Shown here piece by piece: positions 28,790 through 40,065 of a stretch of DNA of 64,000 bases (position 1 is its first letter; the number at the start of each line of letters is the position of its first letter). The stretch lies in NCBI GenBank assembly GCA_963746475.1, contig CAVVBB010000002.1:78935-142934 (forward strand), given 5' to 3'. The position numbers and the translations under genes are program-made. Origin of the DNA: an uncultured delta proteobacterium. Lineage in GTDB: Bacteria; Myxococcota_A; Polyangia; Polyangiales; Houyiibacteriaceae. The notes beneath the pieces were generated by a model. The model had not been told where the DNA came from. It did no database searches and saw nothing but the letters and a program-made list of their open reading frames with translations.

Positions 28790-29755
28790 ATGTTGAAGGG
28801 GGCTCAGGTCTTGATCACGGGAGGCGCAGGCTTCATCGGCACTGCGCTCACGGCCCGTCTAGCCGAGGAAAACCAGGTTCGGGTGCTCGACGTGCTACGC
28901 CGCAATGCGCTGTCCGAGGCCGGCCTGGACCGCCATCCCAACGTTCAGCTGGTGGTGGGTGACGTCCGCGACATGGACGCCGTCAAGCGCGCGGTTTCGG
29001 GCTGCGACTACATCGTTCACATGGCCTCGATTGCCGGGGTCGATACCGTCTTGAAGAACCCGGTTCTCACGATGGAAGTCTCGCTCGAAGGCACCATGAA
29101 CGTGCTCCGCGCGGCTCAGGAGGCCGGCGCGATGAAGCGCGTAATCGATTTTTCGACGAGCGAGGTCTTCGGCAGCTACGCCTTTCGCGTGCGCGAGGCC
29201 GACGTCACCAGTCTCGGTGCGGTCGGCGAGGCGCGATGGACCTATGCCGTGAGCAAGCTCGCGACCGAGCACCTGGCGCACAACTACTACAAGCAGTTTC
29301 AACTTCCCACGGTCTCGATCCGGCCCTTCAACATCTTCGGTCCTCGGCAGGTCGGGGAGGGGGCCATCCATGCATTCGTCGTGCGGGCGCTCCGCGGAGA
29401 GCCGATTCACGTTCACAATGAGGGCGATCAGATCCGGTCCTGGTGTTACATCGACGACATCGTGGATGCGATCTTGCTTTCGCTCGAAAATGACGCGGCC
29501 GTCGGGGAGAGCTTCAACATCGGCAACCCCCGAAGCACGGTGACCATTTACCAGCTCGCCAAGCTGATCGTCCGACTCGTGGGCAGCCGTTCAGAGGTCA
29601 AGTTCGTGCCCTGGGATTTTCCCGACGTCGAGCTCCGCATCCCGGACATCAAGAAGGCCGAGTCGCTGCTCGGGTTTCGTCCAAAGATCGAGCTGGAAGA
29701 GGGCCTGCTCGCGACCATCGCATGGTATCGGCGAAAGCTGAGCGGCGAGGCCTGA
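28790..29755 (+). CDS. NAD-dependent epimerase/dehydratase
   Basis: ITGGAGFIG, STSEVFG, YAVSK and RPFNIFGP motifs. Confidence 0.94.
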   Translation: MLKGAQVLITGGAGFIGTALTARLAEENQVRVLDVLRRNALSEAGLDRHPNVQLVVGDVRDMDAVKRAVSGCDYIVHMASIAGVDTVLKNPVLTMEVSLEGTMNVLRAAQEAGAMKRVIDFSTSEVFGSYAFRVREADVTSLGAVGEARWTYAVSKLATEHLAHNYYKQFQLPTVSIRPFNIFGPRQVGEGAIHAFVVRALRGEPIHVHNEGDQIRSWCYIDDIVDAILLSLENDAAVGESFNIGNPRSTVTIYQLAKLIVRLVGSRSEVKFVPWDFPDVELRIPDIKKAESLLGFRPKIELEEGLLATIAWYRRKLSGEA

Positions 29756-29756
29756 A

Positions 29757-30872
29757 ATGGCGGGGGACGAGGCCGTCGTCTACGATCTGGTCGAGGCTCG
29801 GCCCGATGACTGGTTCGAGGACGTGCTCGGCAAGTCGAGCGACTACGAGCGGGTGGCTCAGCTCATCGGGCGCAGCACCCTGGGCTTGGCGCTGGTGGCG
29901 GGGATCCGCATCTCGAGCCTCGCCGTCGATCCGCGCGTACCGGAGCTCACGACGATAGAGTACCGGCTGAGCGCCGAGTCGGACGCCCGGCAGGCGACCT
30001 TGACGGAGTTCCGACGACGGATCGCGAGCGATCTGCTCGTCCCTCTTCAGGACAAACCGCTTCCGAGGGAGCCAAGCACCGCACAGCTCCAGGCCCACAT
30101 CGGTGGAAGGTATCTATTGGCGGCCAGCCTCTTCGAGGTGCAGCCGCTGACGCTCGAGCGCAAGGACGAGCGAAGCGAAATCACCGTCGAATTCGGCGGA
30201 ATTCGTCACGTGCTCCCGCTCGATGACTTTCGAGAGATCATCGAAGAGCGTATCCGCGCCGAGCTCCGGCTCTCCGGGTCCCCCGAGGAAAACGGGTTCG
30301 ATCTCGGCGTGGTGGAGCGCGCCCAGCAAGCGCACGCTCAGCAGGACTGGGGCGGCGCCATCGAGTTGCTCAGTCCACTGCTGGCGCCTGCTTCGATGCT
30401 GCTGAGAACTGGCCAGGCTGCCGTGCTGAGCCAGCAAGTTCACGAGACCATTTCGACCGGGCTCGAGCTGCTCGGCACAGCACACGCCAATGACGGTCAC
30501 CTCGCCATGGCAACCGATGTGCTGCGACTCGGCGTGCAGTGGGTGGGCGACTCGGAAAAGGCCGCGGACTTGTTCCTGAGTCTGGGGGACGCCTGCATGC
30601 GCGCTGGCAAAGCCGGAGAAGCGATCGGCTTGCTTCGCCGGGCGCTGAAGCTTGGCGCCGATTCGGGTCTCGCTCTGAGCTCACTCGCCGAGTGTCTTCA
30701 CGAACGCGAGCAGTATTTGGCCGCGCTGGTCTGCTTGAACCGCGCGGCGGCCGCCGGCGCCGGCGGTGAAGCGCTGCAGGCGCTCAGAGACACCGTCCTC
30801 GCTCATCTCGGCGAAGACTGGCATGCCTTCGAGCGTTGGCTGACGGCCGACGAAGCACAGTGCCCAGGCTAG
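29757..30872 (+). CDS. Hypothetical protein with C-terminal TPR-like repeats
   Basis: Starts 1 bp after the epimerase stop; LFLSLGDACMRAGKAGEAIGLLRRAL. Confidence 0.75.
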   Translation: MAGDEAVVYDLVEARPDDWFEDVLGKSSDYERVAQLIGRSTLGLALVAGIRISSLAVDPRVPELTTIEYRLSAESDARQATLTEFRRRIASDLLVPLQDKPLPREPSTAQLQAHIGGRYLLAASLFEVQPLTLERKDERSEITVEFGGIRHVLPLDDFREIIEERIRAELRLSGSPEENGFDLGVVERAQQAHAQQDWGGAIELLSPLLAPASMLLRTGQAAVLSQQVHETISTGLELLGTAHANDGHLAMATDVLRLGVQWVGDSEKAADLFLSLGDACMRAGKAGEAIGLLRRALKLGADSGLALSSLAECLHEREQYLAALVCLNRAAAAGAGGEALQALRDTVLAHLGEDWHAFERWLTADEAQCPG

Positions 30873-31014
30873 CCCCCACGGGCGACTTGGGTCCGCGCGA
30901 GATCGGCTTCGTCGACGGACCCACTCCGCTACCGCGGACTTTTTCGTGCGCGACGCGGACAGAAAGGGCAGGACGCTTTACATCCAGTCGCGCGCTACGT
31001 ACCGTCCGAGGCCT

Positions 31015-32514
31015 ATGCCGGGCTTTATCTTAGCAATAGATCAGGGGACCACTGGCTCGACGGCGATTATCTTATCAGAAACGGGTGAGGTTCTTGCCCG
31101 GGCCAATCACGAGTTTGCTCAGCACTTCCCCAAGCCGGGCTGGGTCGAGCACGAGCCCGAAGAGATATGGCAGAGCATCGTGGCTGCGATTCGCGACGCG
31201 ATCGCTGCCGCCAAGGTGCGCCCGACCGACTGCCTCACCATCGGCATCACCAACCAACGCGAAACCACGGTGCTTTGGGATCGCAAGTCCGGCCGAGCGG
31301 TACACAGGGCGATCGTCTGGCAGGACCGGCGCACCGCCGAACGCTGTCGCGAGCTCAAGGACGCCGGACACGAAGAGCTGTTCAGAACCCGTACCGGGCT
31401 CGTGCTGGATCCCTACTTCAGCGGTACCAAGATCGAGTGGCTGCTCGAGCACGTCGATGGCGCTCACGGACGCGCCGAGGCCGGTGAGTTGGCGTTCGGC
31501 ACAATCGACTCCTGGCTCGTATCCCGCCTGAGCGGCGGCGCCGTCCACATCACGGACGCGACGAACGCGTCGCGCACGCTGCTCTACGACATCGAGCGCG
31601 AGCGCTGGGACGAGGACCTCGCAGCCGAGCTCCACGTGCCGATGCGGATCCTTCCAGAAGTTCGAAGCTGCTCGGAGATCTACGCCAAGACTTCGGGGGT
31701 TCCAGGACTGCCCGACGGGATTCCCATCGCCGGGATTGCGGGCGATCAGCAGGCCGCGCTCTTTGGTCAAACCTGCTTCGAGCTCGGGGACGCCAAATGC
31801 ACGTATGGCACTGGCGCGTTCTTGCTCATGAACACCGGAGACAGCGTCGTGCGTTCGAGCAAAGGGCTCATCTCGACGATTGCTTGGCGCATCGGAGACG
31901 AGACGACCTATGCGCTCGAGGGCAGCGCGTTCATTGCCGGGGCGGCCGTGCAGTGGCTTCGTGACGGGCTGGGGCTGATCAGCTCGGCGTCCGAGATCGA
32001 AGATAAGGCCAAGGAGGTCGAGTCCACTGGAGATGTCGTGTTCGTGCCCGCGCTGGCCGGTTTGGGTGCTCCCTATTGGGATCCGCAGGCCCGCGGCCTA
32101 ATTTATGGATTGACCCGCGACACGAGCGCCGCTCACCTGGCTCGCGCGACCTTGGAGGGCATCGCGTTTCAAATCGCAGACCTGGTCGAAGCGATGCAGG
32201 CCGATGCCCACCGACCCATCCAAAGGATGAGGGTCGACGGAGGTGCGTCGCTCAATGACCTACTCATGCAGTATCAGGCCGACATCCTGGGGGTCACCGT
32301 CGATCGTCCCCAGGTCGTCGAAACGACAGCGCTAGGCGCTGCTTATCTTGCGGGTATGGCAGTCGGAATATTTGACGATCTTAAATCGGTTGTAGCCGCT
32401 TACCGTATCGAACGTAGCTTTGAGCCAAGCATGTCTTCCGAAGAGCGGGCAGGACATTTGAGGCGATGGCGCGGCGCGGTACGGCGGGCGCGTAGCGAAA
32501 TGGGAATACAATGA
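31015..32514 (+). CDS. glpK: Glycerol kinase
   Basis: AIDQGTT, GITNQRET, DPYFSGTK, GDQQAALFG, GLGAPYWD and ETTALGAA motifs. Confidence 0.97.
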   Translation: MPGFILAIDQGTTGSTAIILSETGEVLARANHEFAQHFPKPGWVEHEPEEIWQSIVAAIRDAIAAAKVRPTDCLTIGITNQRETTVLWDRKSGRAVHRAIVWQDRRTAERCRELKDAGHEELFRTRTGLVLDPYFSGTKIEWLLEHVDGAHGRAEAGELAFGTIDSWLVSRLSGGAVHITDATNASRTLLYDIERERWDEDLAAELHVPMRILPEVRSCSEIYAKTSGVPGLPDGIPIAGIAGDQQAALFGQTCFELGDAKCTYGTGAFLLMNTGDSVVRSSKGLISTIAWRIGDETTYALEGSAFIAGAAVQWLRDGLGLISSASEIEDKAKEVESTGDVVFVPALAGLGAPYWDPQARGLIYGLTRDTSAAHLARATLEGIAFQIADLVEAMQADAHRPIQRMRVDGGASLNDLLMQYQADILGVTVDRPQVVETTALGAAYLAGMAVGIFDDLKSVVAAYRIERSFEPSMSSEERAGHLRRWRGAVRRARSEMGIQ

Positions 32515-33236
32515 GTGGAGAGACTCAAACGGATGCCGGGCAAGGCAACGAAGAGGTAGAGGTTCCGGTAGCTTGGGAAGCGCTTGAGGATGCGTTCGAA
32601 AACAACGCACCTGAGGTCCACAGCTATCTTCACTTCGACACGGGTGAAGTGATTCGCATCGTCGACGGGGTCGCCGACCCTGCGATGCACAGCCGAATCA
32701 TGAGCGACGGGAAGTACCTTCGGATCGATCCCGTGTCTTCGCGTGAGCAGTACCGATGGATGGAGCGCTTCATTGCGACCGTCGAAGACAGCGAGATCAG
32801 AGGGCGCCTCACGGCCGCGATCGACGGCAAGGGGGCTTTTCGCCGCTTCAAGGACGCGCTGATGCATCAACCGCTCGACCGGGAGCGCTGGTTCGTGTTT
32901 CGCTCGGAGCGATTGCGGGCTTGCATGGAAGCCTGGCTGGCGGCGCATGGAATTCGGCCTGTCACGCGTGCGACTTGGGACGTTCCCACGGCAGACGAAG
33001 TGCAAGTCGAGAACCTCGGAACGCCGGTCCCGGTAGAGTCCACCGTCGTGCCGTCCGCGCCTAGCTCGCAGCATCAGTATCTGCTCCAACTCGCTGATTC
33101 ACTGAGTGCTCGTGATCTCGAGATGGCCATCGCCTTTTTGGAGTTTCTGTCGACGCGGAGGTCGGCGAGCCCGAAACGCAGGGCGATCATCGAGCCGTCA
33201 AAGGCAGAGGGCGCTACAGACGTGAGCGAAGCCTGA
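32511..33236 (+). CDS. UPF0158 family protein
   Basis: LEDAFE...YLHFDTGEV, YRWMERF and AIDGKGAFRRFKDAL motifs; ATGA overlap with glpK. Confidence 0.88.
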   Translation: MSGETQTDAGQGNEEVEVPVAWEALEDAFENNAPEVHSYLHFDTGEVIRIVDGVADPAMHSRIMSDGKYLRIDPVSSREQYRWMERFIATVEDSEIRGRLTAAIDGKGAFRRFKDALMHQPLDRERWFVFRSERLRACMEAWLAAHGIRPVTRATWDVPTADEVQVENLGTPVPVESTVVPSAPSSQHQYLLQLADSLSARDLEMAIAFLEFLSTRRSASPKRRAIIEPSKAEGATDVSEA

Positions 33237-33281
33237 CTACACTTAGAGCGATCTAGGGCTTGTCGAATTCACGCGCCCAAG

Positions 33282-33297
33282 GCACAACATATAGTGT
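33282..33297. promoter_or_regulatory. Putative NrdR box upstream of smc
   Basis: GCACAACATATAGTGT matches the consensus acaCwAtATaTwGtgt at 14/16 and contains a -10-like TATAGT. Confidence 0.6.
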
Positions 33298-33392
33298 ATG
33301 TCACTCAATGACAAGCACTTTGGGTCGCGCAAGTCGTTGCAATCTCGATGCGTCGATGATAGCCAAGCCCAAATTGCCACCCTGGGGGATGC

Positions 33393-36300
33393 GTGAAGAT
33401 CAGGAAGCTCGAAATCGTTGGCTTCAAATCGTTTGTCGATCCGGCGACCGTCCACTTCGACCATGACATCACCTGCGTCGTCGGCCCGAACGGCTGCGGC
33501 AAGTCCAACATCGTGGATGCCATCAAGTGGGTGATGGGAGAGCAGTCCCCGTCACGGCTCCGAGGCAAGCAGATGGAGGACGTGATTTTCAGCGGTGCCG
33601 AAGGCCGCGGTCCTCACGGCTTCGCCGAGGTGACCATCACGTTTGACAACTCCGACGGAATCGCCCCGGTGGAGTACCGGGACTACGCCGAGATACAGGT
33701 CACACGCCGTCTCGATCGCCAGGGTCGCAGTGACTATCTGATCAACAAGACTCCCGTCCGCCTTTTGGACATCACGAACCTGTTCCTCGGGACCGGCGTC
33801 GGAAAGCGCGCGTACTCGATCATCGAGCAGGGTCGCATCGGTTTCATCGTGACCTCCAAGCCGGAGGACCGGCGCGGCATCATCGAAGAGGCTGCCGGGG
33901 TCTCGCGTTTCAAACTCCGCAAGCGTGCTGCGGAACGCAAGATGGACCAGACGCGCCAGAACCTTCTGCGCGTCACCGACATCATCGGCGAGCTGGAGCG
34001 CAGTCTCGCTTCTCTCAAGCGGCAGGCGCAAAAGGCCGAGCGATACAAACGCTACAAGAAAGAGCTGTTCGACCTCGACTTGTACGTGGCTTCGCACCGC
34101 CACCTCGAGCTCCGCAGCCAGCTCAACGTCGTCGCCGCGTCGCTGACCCAGGCTGACGAGGAGGTTCACGCGACCCGGAGCAAGCTCGTGGCCCAGGAGG
34201 CGAGCGTCGAGGCCGAGCGGCTGCAGTTGCAGCAGCTGAGCTCGCAGCTCGAGCGTGGCCAGACGCGCGCTTACGAGCTCGACAATGCCGTGCGGCACCT
34301 GGAAGGCTTGATCCGCCAGCAGCAGGACAGGCTCTCCAGCTTGGCGGAGCGCGAGCAAATCGCGGGCCGTGAGCTGCGCGAGCTCGACGCGCAGCGCGAT
34401 GCGCGCCTCGCAGAGGCCAAGACACTGCGCGCTGCCCTAGCCGAGCTCGAAGCCGAAGAGCAGGAGGCTCAGAGCTCACTCACTCAGGTGAGCGGCGAGC
34501 TCGACGCGCGCAGGCAGACGGCCGACGAAGCCTCCATCACGCTCAGCTCGGCCAATACGCAGCTCTCGGAAACCCGCGCCCGCGTCGCGCGCGGCGAGGC
34601 GGTTCTGGGCGGCTTCGGTGCGCGCCGGGACGGTCTGCGCGGCCAGATTGAGCGGCTCGAGCAAGAGGTGGAGGCGCTTGCGACGCGTAGGGTCGAGTTC
34701 GAGCAGCAGCGCCGCGAGCTCGACGCGCGGATGACGGGGCTGCGAAGTGGCAAAGTCGAGTCGGCGGAGCGTCAGAGCGAAGTCGAGGAGGCCCTAGTCG
34801 CCCGAAAAGAGACCCTTCAGGCGGTGGATGCCCGCGTCGAGGAGCTTCGCGAGAGCTTGGCCGTGTCTCGGTCACGCTTGCGTTCGCTGACCGAGATTCA
34901 GGATCGCTTTGAAGGACTGGGAGCCGGCGCCCGGGCGCTGATGACTTCCTACGTGGCGGACGGCGCCGGCAGGTCTGGGGTCGCCGGCCTCGTCGCCGAC
35001 CGCCTGCAGTGCGAGCCGGAGCTCACGAGCGCCCTCGGTGCAGCCTTGGGCGCAGCTCTCGAGTGGCTCGTCGTCGAGGACACCGATTCGGCCCTCGGCG
35101 CCATCGACTTCCTCAAGCAGAACGAGGAAGGTCGCGCGACGTTCGTGCCTCGGCACCCGGTGGTTCCGCCTCGCGTCGTGCCGAGCTTCCCCGTCGGGCA
35201 AGGAGTCGTCGGTCCGCTGCTGCAGACGATGCGCTTCGCTCGCGAGGACGAGGACTGGGCCAAGCACTTGCTCTACGACGTGATGGTGGTGGATGCCTTG
35301 AGCACTGCTGCCCGGCTTCACCGGGAGGGCTTCACGGGGAGGCTCGTGACACTCGATGGGCAGGCGCTCCTTCCGGATGGCCGGGTCGTGGGTGGCGCGA
35401 AGGACGAGTCGACCACACACCACCTGCGGATGAAGGCCGAGATTCGCGAGCTGACGCAAGAAGTCGCGTCGCTCGAGACGCAGGTCCAGAGCGGGGTCGC
35501 GCAGCAAGGCGAGCTCCGCGAACACATCGCGGAGCGTCAGGCCGAAATCGACGCGGCGCGCAACCGTGCCCACGATGCCGAAATCGAAATCCTGGGGGCC
35601 GAGCGGGACTTGCGCGAAGCAGAGGGCGAGCTTCGTCGCATTGCCGAGCGGACCCAAGAGATTGCACGCTTGACGAGCGACGCGCGGGAGGCTTTGGCGA
35701 CCCTCGATGCTGATGAGCTCGAGTCGCGCAGGGAGCTCCAGAACGCCCGTCGACTCATGGAGGAGGCGGCGCAGAGCGTGCAAGCCGCTGAAACCGTCCT
35801 GACCGAGCGTCGTCGCGTGGTCGACGAGCAGAACGCACGGGTGACGGAGGTCAAGGTTCGCGCCACGCAGGCCCGTGAGCGCGCCGATCGTGAACGTTCG
35901 GTCTTGCTCCAGCTAGAGCGCGCCGCGGCGGAGATCGAAGCGCGCGAGGAACGCTTGCGCGGCGACGCGGCCAGCGCGCACCGCGATCAGGGCCAGGCCG
36001 CGGGACGTATCTTGCTCCACCAGGGCCGCCTCGAGGAGACGGCCCATGAAGCGGCGCAGGCGCGCGACGAGCTCGCCGGGCTGCGGGGGACGCTGGACGA
36101 CGCGCAGTCCGTCCTCGGGGAGTTGGAGGCGGCGCTCAAAGCGTTGCGTGGCTCCATCGACGAGCAGTCCAGCGAGCTGAGCGAGCTGACGCTTCGAGAG
36201 CGCGAGCTGACTTTGGCCATGGAGCATCTCGACGAGCAGATCGAGAATCGTTACCGGGTGGAGCTGAGGACCGTCATCGGCGACTACCACGCGCGGCCCA

Positions 36301-37001
36301 TTCCGGACGCAAGCATCCGTGACCGGGCTGCCGAGCTCCAGGGGCTCATCGATCGCATGGGGGAGATCAACCTCACGGCGATCGAGGAGTACGAGGAGAA
36401 TGCGCAGCGGTACGAATACCTTCAGAGTCAGCGCGGCGACTTGCAGGACGCGCTGTCGAAGCTCGAGCGCGCCATCAAGCAGATGAACAAGGAGAGTCGG
36501 ACTCTGTTCCGGGAGGCTTTTGCGGGCATCAACGAGCGCTTCAAACGCATCTTTCCGATTCTCTTCCGTGGCGGTAAGGCGGAGCTGCGTTTGACGGACC
36601 CGCAGGACATGCTCGAAACGGGCGTCGAGATCATCGCGCAACCACCGGGCAAGCGACTCGGCTCGCTAGAGCTCATGAGCGGTGGTGAGAAGGCGCTTAC
36701 GGCGGTCGCGCTCATCTTCGCCGTCTTCCAGTACAAACCGAGCCCCTTCTGTCTTCTCGATGAGGTCGATGCCCCGCTCGACGAGGCCAACATCGGCCGC
36801 TTCGCCGAGGCGATCCAGCAGATGACGGATCGCAGTCAGTTCATCGTCATCACCCACAGCAAGCGGACCATGGAGTACGCAGACGTTCTTTACGGCGTGA
36901 CCATGGAGCAGCCCGGCGTCTCGAAGCTCGTGTCAGTCGAGCTACGCGGTGGAAAGCGTCCGGTCGAACAGACGGCCCCGTCCGTCGAAGCCGCAGAGTA
37001 G
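33393..37001 (+). CDS. smc: Chromosome segregation protein SMC
   Basis: GFKSF, VGPNGCGKSN, coiled coils with hinge, MSGGEK, LLDEVDAPLD; 1202 aa. Confidence 0.98.
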   Translation: MKIRKLEIVGFKSFVDPATVHFDHDITCVVGPNGCGKSNIVDAIKWVMGEQSPSRLRGKQMEDVIFSGAEGRGPHGFAEVTITFDNSDGIAPVEYRDYAEIQVTRRLDRQGRSDYLINKTPVRLLDITNLFLGTGVGKRAYSIIEQGRIGFIVTSKPEDRRGIIEEAAGVSRFKLRKRAAERKMDQTRQNLLRVTDIIGELERSLASLKRQAQKAERYKRYKKELFDLDLYVASHRHLELRSQLNVVAASLTQADEEVHATRSKLVAQEASVEAERLQLQQLSSQLERGQTRAYELDNAVRHLEGLIRQQQDRLSSLAEREQIAGRELRELDAQRDARLAEAKTLRAALAELEAEEQEAQSSLTQVSGELDARRQTADEASITLSSANTQLSETRARVARGEAVLGGFGARRDGLRGQIERLEQEVEALATRRVEFEQQRRELDARMTGLRSGKVESAERQSEVEEALVARKETLQAVDARVEELRESLAVSRSRLRSLTEIQDRFEGLGAGARALMTSYVADGAGRSGVAGLVADRLQCEPELTSALGAALGAALEWLVVEDTDSALGAIDFLKQNEEGRATFVPRHPVVPPRVVPSFPVGQGVVGPLLQTMRFAREDEDWAKHLLYDVMVVDALSTAARLHREGFTGRLVTLDGQALLPDGRVVGGAKDESTTHHLRMKAEIRELTQEVASLETQVQSGVAQQGELREHIAERQAEIDAARNRAHDAEIEILGAERDLREAEGELRRIAERTQEIARLTSDAREALATLDADELESRRELQNARRLMEEAAQSVQAAETVLTERRRVVDEQNARVTEVKVRATQARERADRERSVLLQLERAAAEIEAREERLRGDAASAHRDQGQAAGRILLHQGRLEETAHEAAQARDELAGLRGTLDDAQSVLGELEAALKALRGSIDEQSSELSELTLRERELTLAMEHLDEQIENRYRVELRTVIGDYHARPIPDASIRDRAAELQGLIDRMGEINLTAIEEYEENAQRYEYLQSQRGDLQDALSKLERAIKQMNKESRTLFREAFAGINERFKRIFPILFRGGKAELRLTDPQDMLETGVEIIAQPPGKRLGSLELMSGGEKALTAVALIFAVFQYKPSPFCLLDEVDAPLDEANIGRFAEAIQQMTDRSQFIVITHSKRTMEYADVLYGVTMEQPGVSKLVSVELRGGKRPVEQTAPSVEAAE

Positions 37002-37062
37002 CGGACGGCGAGTCCGGCGGATGTCGCTAGATGCCTGACGGGTCCGGTGTTAGGACGTGTGC

Positions 37063-37710
37063 ATGATGCGTCTGGTGGTCGGTCCTCTGAACTACTCTTC
37101 TTGGTCGGCCCGCGCCTGGCTCGCGCTCGATCATGCGGGAGCCGACTTCAAGACTCATGAAATTGCGCTCTTCGTGGATCCCAACTGGCGCGACAAGGTT
37201 CTGCAGTTCTCCGGGGCGGGGAAGCTGCCCGTGCTCATCGATGGGAGCCTGAGCGTTCATGAGGCCTTGGCGATTTGTGAGTACGTCGCCGAGCGCTTTG
37301 CGGACGCGAAGCTCTGGCCCGAAGATCAGAGTCTGCGCGCACGGGCGAGGGCGGTCAGCTCCGAGATGAGCACGAGCTTCGTGAACGTCCGAAACGAGAT
37401 GCCGATGAACTATCGCGGGCGTGCCGAGGGGTTCAGTCCGAGCGATGCGGCCTCCGCCGAGATCGAGCGCTTGTTCGACATCTGGAACGCCTCGCTTTCG
37501 ACGTCTCCCGGTGCCTTTCTCTTTGGCGACTTTTCCATCGCGGACTGCATGTACCTACCGGTACTGAGCCGCTTCCAAACCTACGGAATTCCCCTCGACG
37601 GCCAAATCGCGAACTGGGCGGAGCGAATGTGGGCGCAAGCGTCGGTCGCCAAATGGTGCAAGCTTGCCGAGCACAGCATACCCGTCCCCAAATACGACAA
37701 CGTCCTTTGA
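37063..37710 (+). CDS. Glutathione S-transferase family protein
   Basis: NYSSWSARAWL, GKLPVL, LAICEYVAE and FLFGDFSIADCM motifs. Confidence 0.92.
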   Translation: MMRLVVGPLNYSSWSARAWLALDHAGADFKTHEIALFVDPNWRDKVLQFSGAGKLPVLIDGSLSVHEALAICEYVAERFADAKLWPEDQSLRARARAVSSEMSTSFVNVRNEMPMNYRGRAEGFSPSDAASAEIERLFDIWNASLSTSPGAFLFGDFSIADCMYLPVLSRFQTYGIPLDGQIANWAERMWAQASVAKWCKLAEHSIPVPKYDNVL

Positions 37711-37779
37711 TCCTCGAGGATGCCTGAGCCGCTTGAGGCCCTGTCGTTTGGGACGCGCGATGAACGTACTTAGCGCCCG

Positions 37780-40065
37780 CTATTTGACGATGTCGTCCAG
37801 CGCGCTGGCGTGTGCCTTGGCGAGCTCAGCGACGTCGACCTGGACTGCGTTGCCGATCTGCAGGCTGCGGCCTTCCACCTTGCCAATCGCCTCGAAGGGC
37901 ACGCAGAGCTCGGCGCAGACTGTGCGTACCGCTTCGAGCTGATCGGGCGACAGGCTCAAGAGGATGCGGGTCGGTTCCTCGCTGAAGAGTAGGGCGTGCG
38001 CGGGTGCGTCGGCGCTGGCGGGCAAGCGGACCTTCGCGCCCAGGCCGTTGGCGATGCAAGCCTCGGCCATGGCCGTGGCGAAGCCCCCGTCGCTGACGTC
38101 GTGGGCGCTATTGACGAGCTTTCGCTGGGCAAGTGTCAGCATGGCTTTCTGAAGCGCGACCTCGGCGTCGAGGTCGATGCCGACGGCTTGTCCGGTCAGG
38201 CCTCCGGCCTTTTGGAACAGCCACTCGGAGCCGCCGAGTGCGCCTCGGGACGGGACACCGAGATGGGCGATGACGTCGCCTTCTTGCACGAAGCCCAGGC
38301 CGAGGCGCTGCTCGGCGTCTTGGAGCTGGCCCACGATGGCGACCGTCGGGGTGGGCAGAATCGGCCGACCGTCGGTCTCGTTGTAGAGACTGACGTTGCC
38401 GGAGACGACCGGTGTGTCGAGAGCGGCGCAGGCCGCAGCCAGGCCGTCGATGGCGCGTGCGAAGCGCCACATGGTCTCGGGGACTTCAGGGTTGCCGAAG
38501 TTGAGGCAGTCGGTGAGGCCGAGCGGCTTGGCGCCGACGCAGACGATGTTGCGTGCGCACTCGGCGACGGCCATGACGGCGCCCTGGTAGGGATCGAGCT
38601 GTACGTGGCGTCCGTTGCAGTCCGCAGAAACGGCGAGGTACTTTTCGAAGGTCTGCGCGCCGTCCTCGCAGAAGACGCGAATGACGGCAGCGTCGCCGTC
38701 ACCCGGACGAATGACGGTCCCGTCTCGAACGATGTGGTCGTATTGACGCCAGACCCAGCTGCGGCTGCCGATGTTCGGCGAAGCGAGTAGAGCGCGAAGC
38801 TCTTGGCTGAGGTTGCTCGGCGCTTCGAGCTGAGTGGTCGGCTGCGGGCTGCGTGCCGCCGCCGTGGTCTGAGGCCGGTCGTACTTGGGTGCGTCGTCAG
38901 TGAGTAGGCCGACTGGCAGGTCGACAACGACGACAGGCTTGCGCTCGATGGGCTCGTCCTCGAGCGGGTCGTAACCAGGCGTGGCCTTGCAGACGAAGCG
39001 ACCGCTGTCGGTCACACGGCCCACGATGGACGCGTCCAGGTCCCACTTGTTGCAGATGTCGAAGACCTCTTGCTCGCGACCCTGCTTGGCGACCATGAGC
39101 ATGCGCTCTTGCGATTCGCTCAACAGCATCTCGTACGGAGACAATGCTTTGGCGCGTCGTGGGATGGCGTCCAAGTCGAGCTCGAGCCCATTGCCTGCGC
39201 GCGCCGCCATCTCGACCGACGAGGAAGTCAGACCCGCGGCGCCCATGTCTTGCACACCCGCCAGGCAGTCCGTGGCGAAGATTTCGAGGCAGGCCTCGAG
39301 CAGCAGCTTCTCCATGAACGGGTCGCCGACCTGCACGGTGGGCAGCTTGCTGTCGGTTTCCTCACCGAACTCGGCGCTGGCCATGGTCGCGCCGTGGATG
39401 CCGTCGCGGCCTGTCTTCGCCCCCACGTAAATGACGGGGTTGCCGAGGCCTTCGGCGCGTCCGAAGAAGAGCTGATCGGTCTTGGCGACGCCGACGGTGA
39501 AGGCGTTGACCAGGATGTTGCCGTCGTAGCTGGGGTCGAACTGGATTTCGCCGCCCACGGTCGGCACGCCGATGCAGTTGCCGTAGCCTCCGATGCCGGC
39601 GACGACACCCTTGAGTAGGTGAGGCGTCTTCGGGTGGTCCGGTCGGCCGAAGCGCAGCGAGTTCAGCGAGGCCACCGGACGCGCGCCCATGGTGAAGACA
39701 TCGCGCAGGATGCCCCCGACGCCCGTGGCGGCGCCCTGGTAGGGCTCGATGTACGAGGGATGATTGTGCGACTCCATCTTGAAGACGGCGCAGAAGCCGT
39801 CGCCGATGTCCACCGCTCCCGCGTTTTCGCCCGGGCCCTGAACGACCTGCGGTCCCTCCGTCGGAAGCCGGCCCAGGTGTACACGCGAGGACTTGTACGA
39901 GCAGTGCTCGGACCACATGACGCTGATGACTCCGAGCTCGGCATAGCTGGGCTGGCGTTGCAGGACGTCGAGCGTGTGCCGCCACTCGTCCGTCGACAGG
40001 CCGAACTCGCGCGCCAATGCTTCGTTGGCCTCTGGCTCACCGGGAAAGTTGGCTGAGTTGCTCAT
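37780..40065 (-). CDS. purL: FGAM synthase subunit PurL
   Basis: [45 protein letters not shown] and HDVSDGG motifs. Confidence 0.98.
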   Translation of the reverse strand: MSNSANFPGEPEANEALAREFGLSTDEWRHTLDVLQRQPSYAELGVISVMWSEHCSYKSSRVHLGRLPTEGPQVVQGPGENAGAVDIGDGFCAVFKMESHNHPSYIEPYQGAATGVGGILRDVFTMGARPVASLNSLRFGRPDHPKTPHLLKGVVAGIGGYGNCIGVPTVGGEIQFDPSYDGNILVNAFTVGVAKTDQLFFGRAEGLGNPVIYVGAKTGRDGIHGATMASAEFGEETDSKLPTVQVGDPFMEKLLLEACLEIFATDCLAGVQDMGAAGLTSSSVEMAARAGNGLELDLDAIPRRAKALSPYEMLLSESQERMLMVAKQGREQEVFDICNKWDLDASIVGRVTDSGRFVCKATPGYDPLEDEPIERKPVVVVDLPVGLLTDDAPKYDRPQTTAAARSPQPTTQLEAPSNLSQELRALLASPNIGSRSWVWRQYDHIVRDGTVIRPGDGDAAVIRVFCEDGAQTFEKYLAVSADCNGRHVQLDPYQGAVMAVAECARNIVCVGAKPLGLTDCLNFGNPEVPETMWRFARAIDGLAAACAALDTPVVSGNVSLYNETDGRPILPTPTVAIVGQLQDAEQRLGLGFVQEGDVIAHLGVPSRGALGGSEWLFQKAGGLTGQAVGIDLDAEVALQKAMLTLAQRKLVNSAHDVSDGGFATAMAEACIANGLGAKVRLPASADAPAHALLFSEEPTRILLSLSPDQLEAVRTVCAELCVPFEAIGKVEGRSLQIGNAVQVDVAELAKAHASALDDIVK

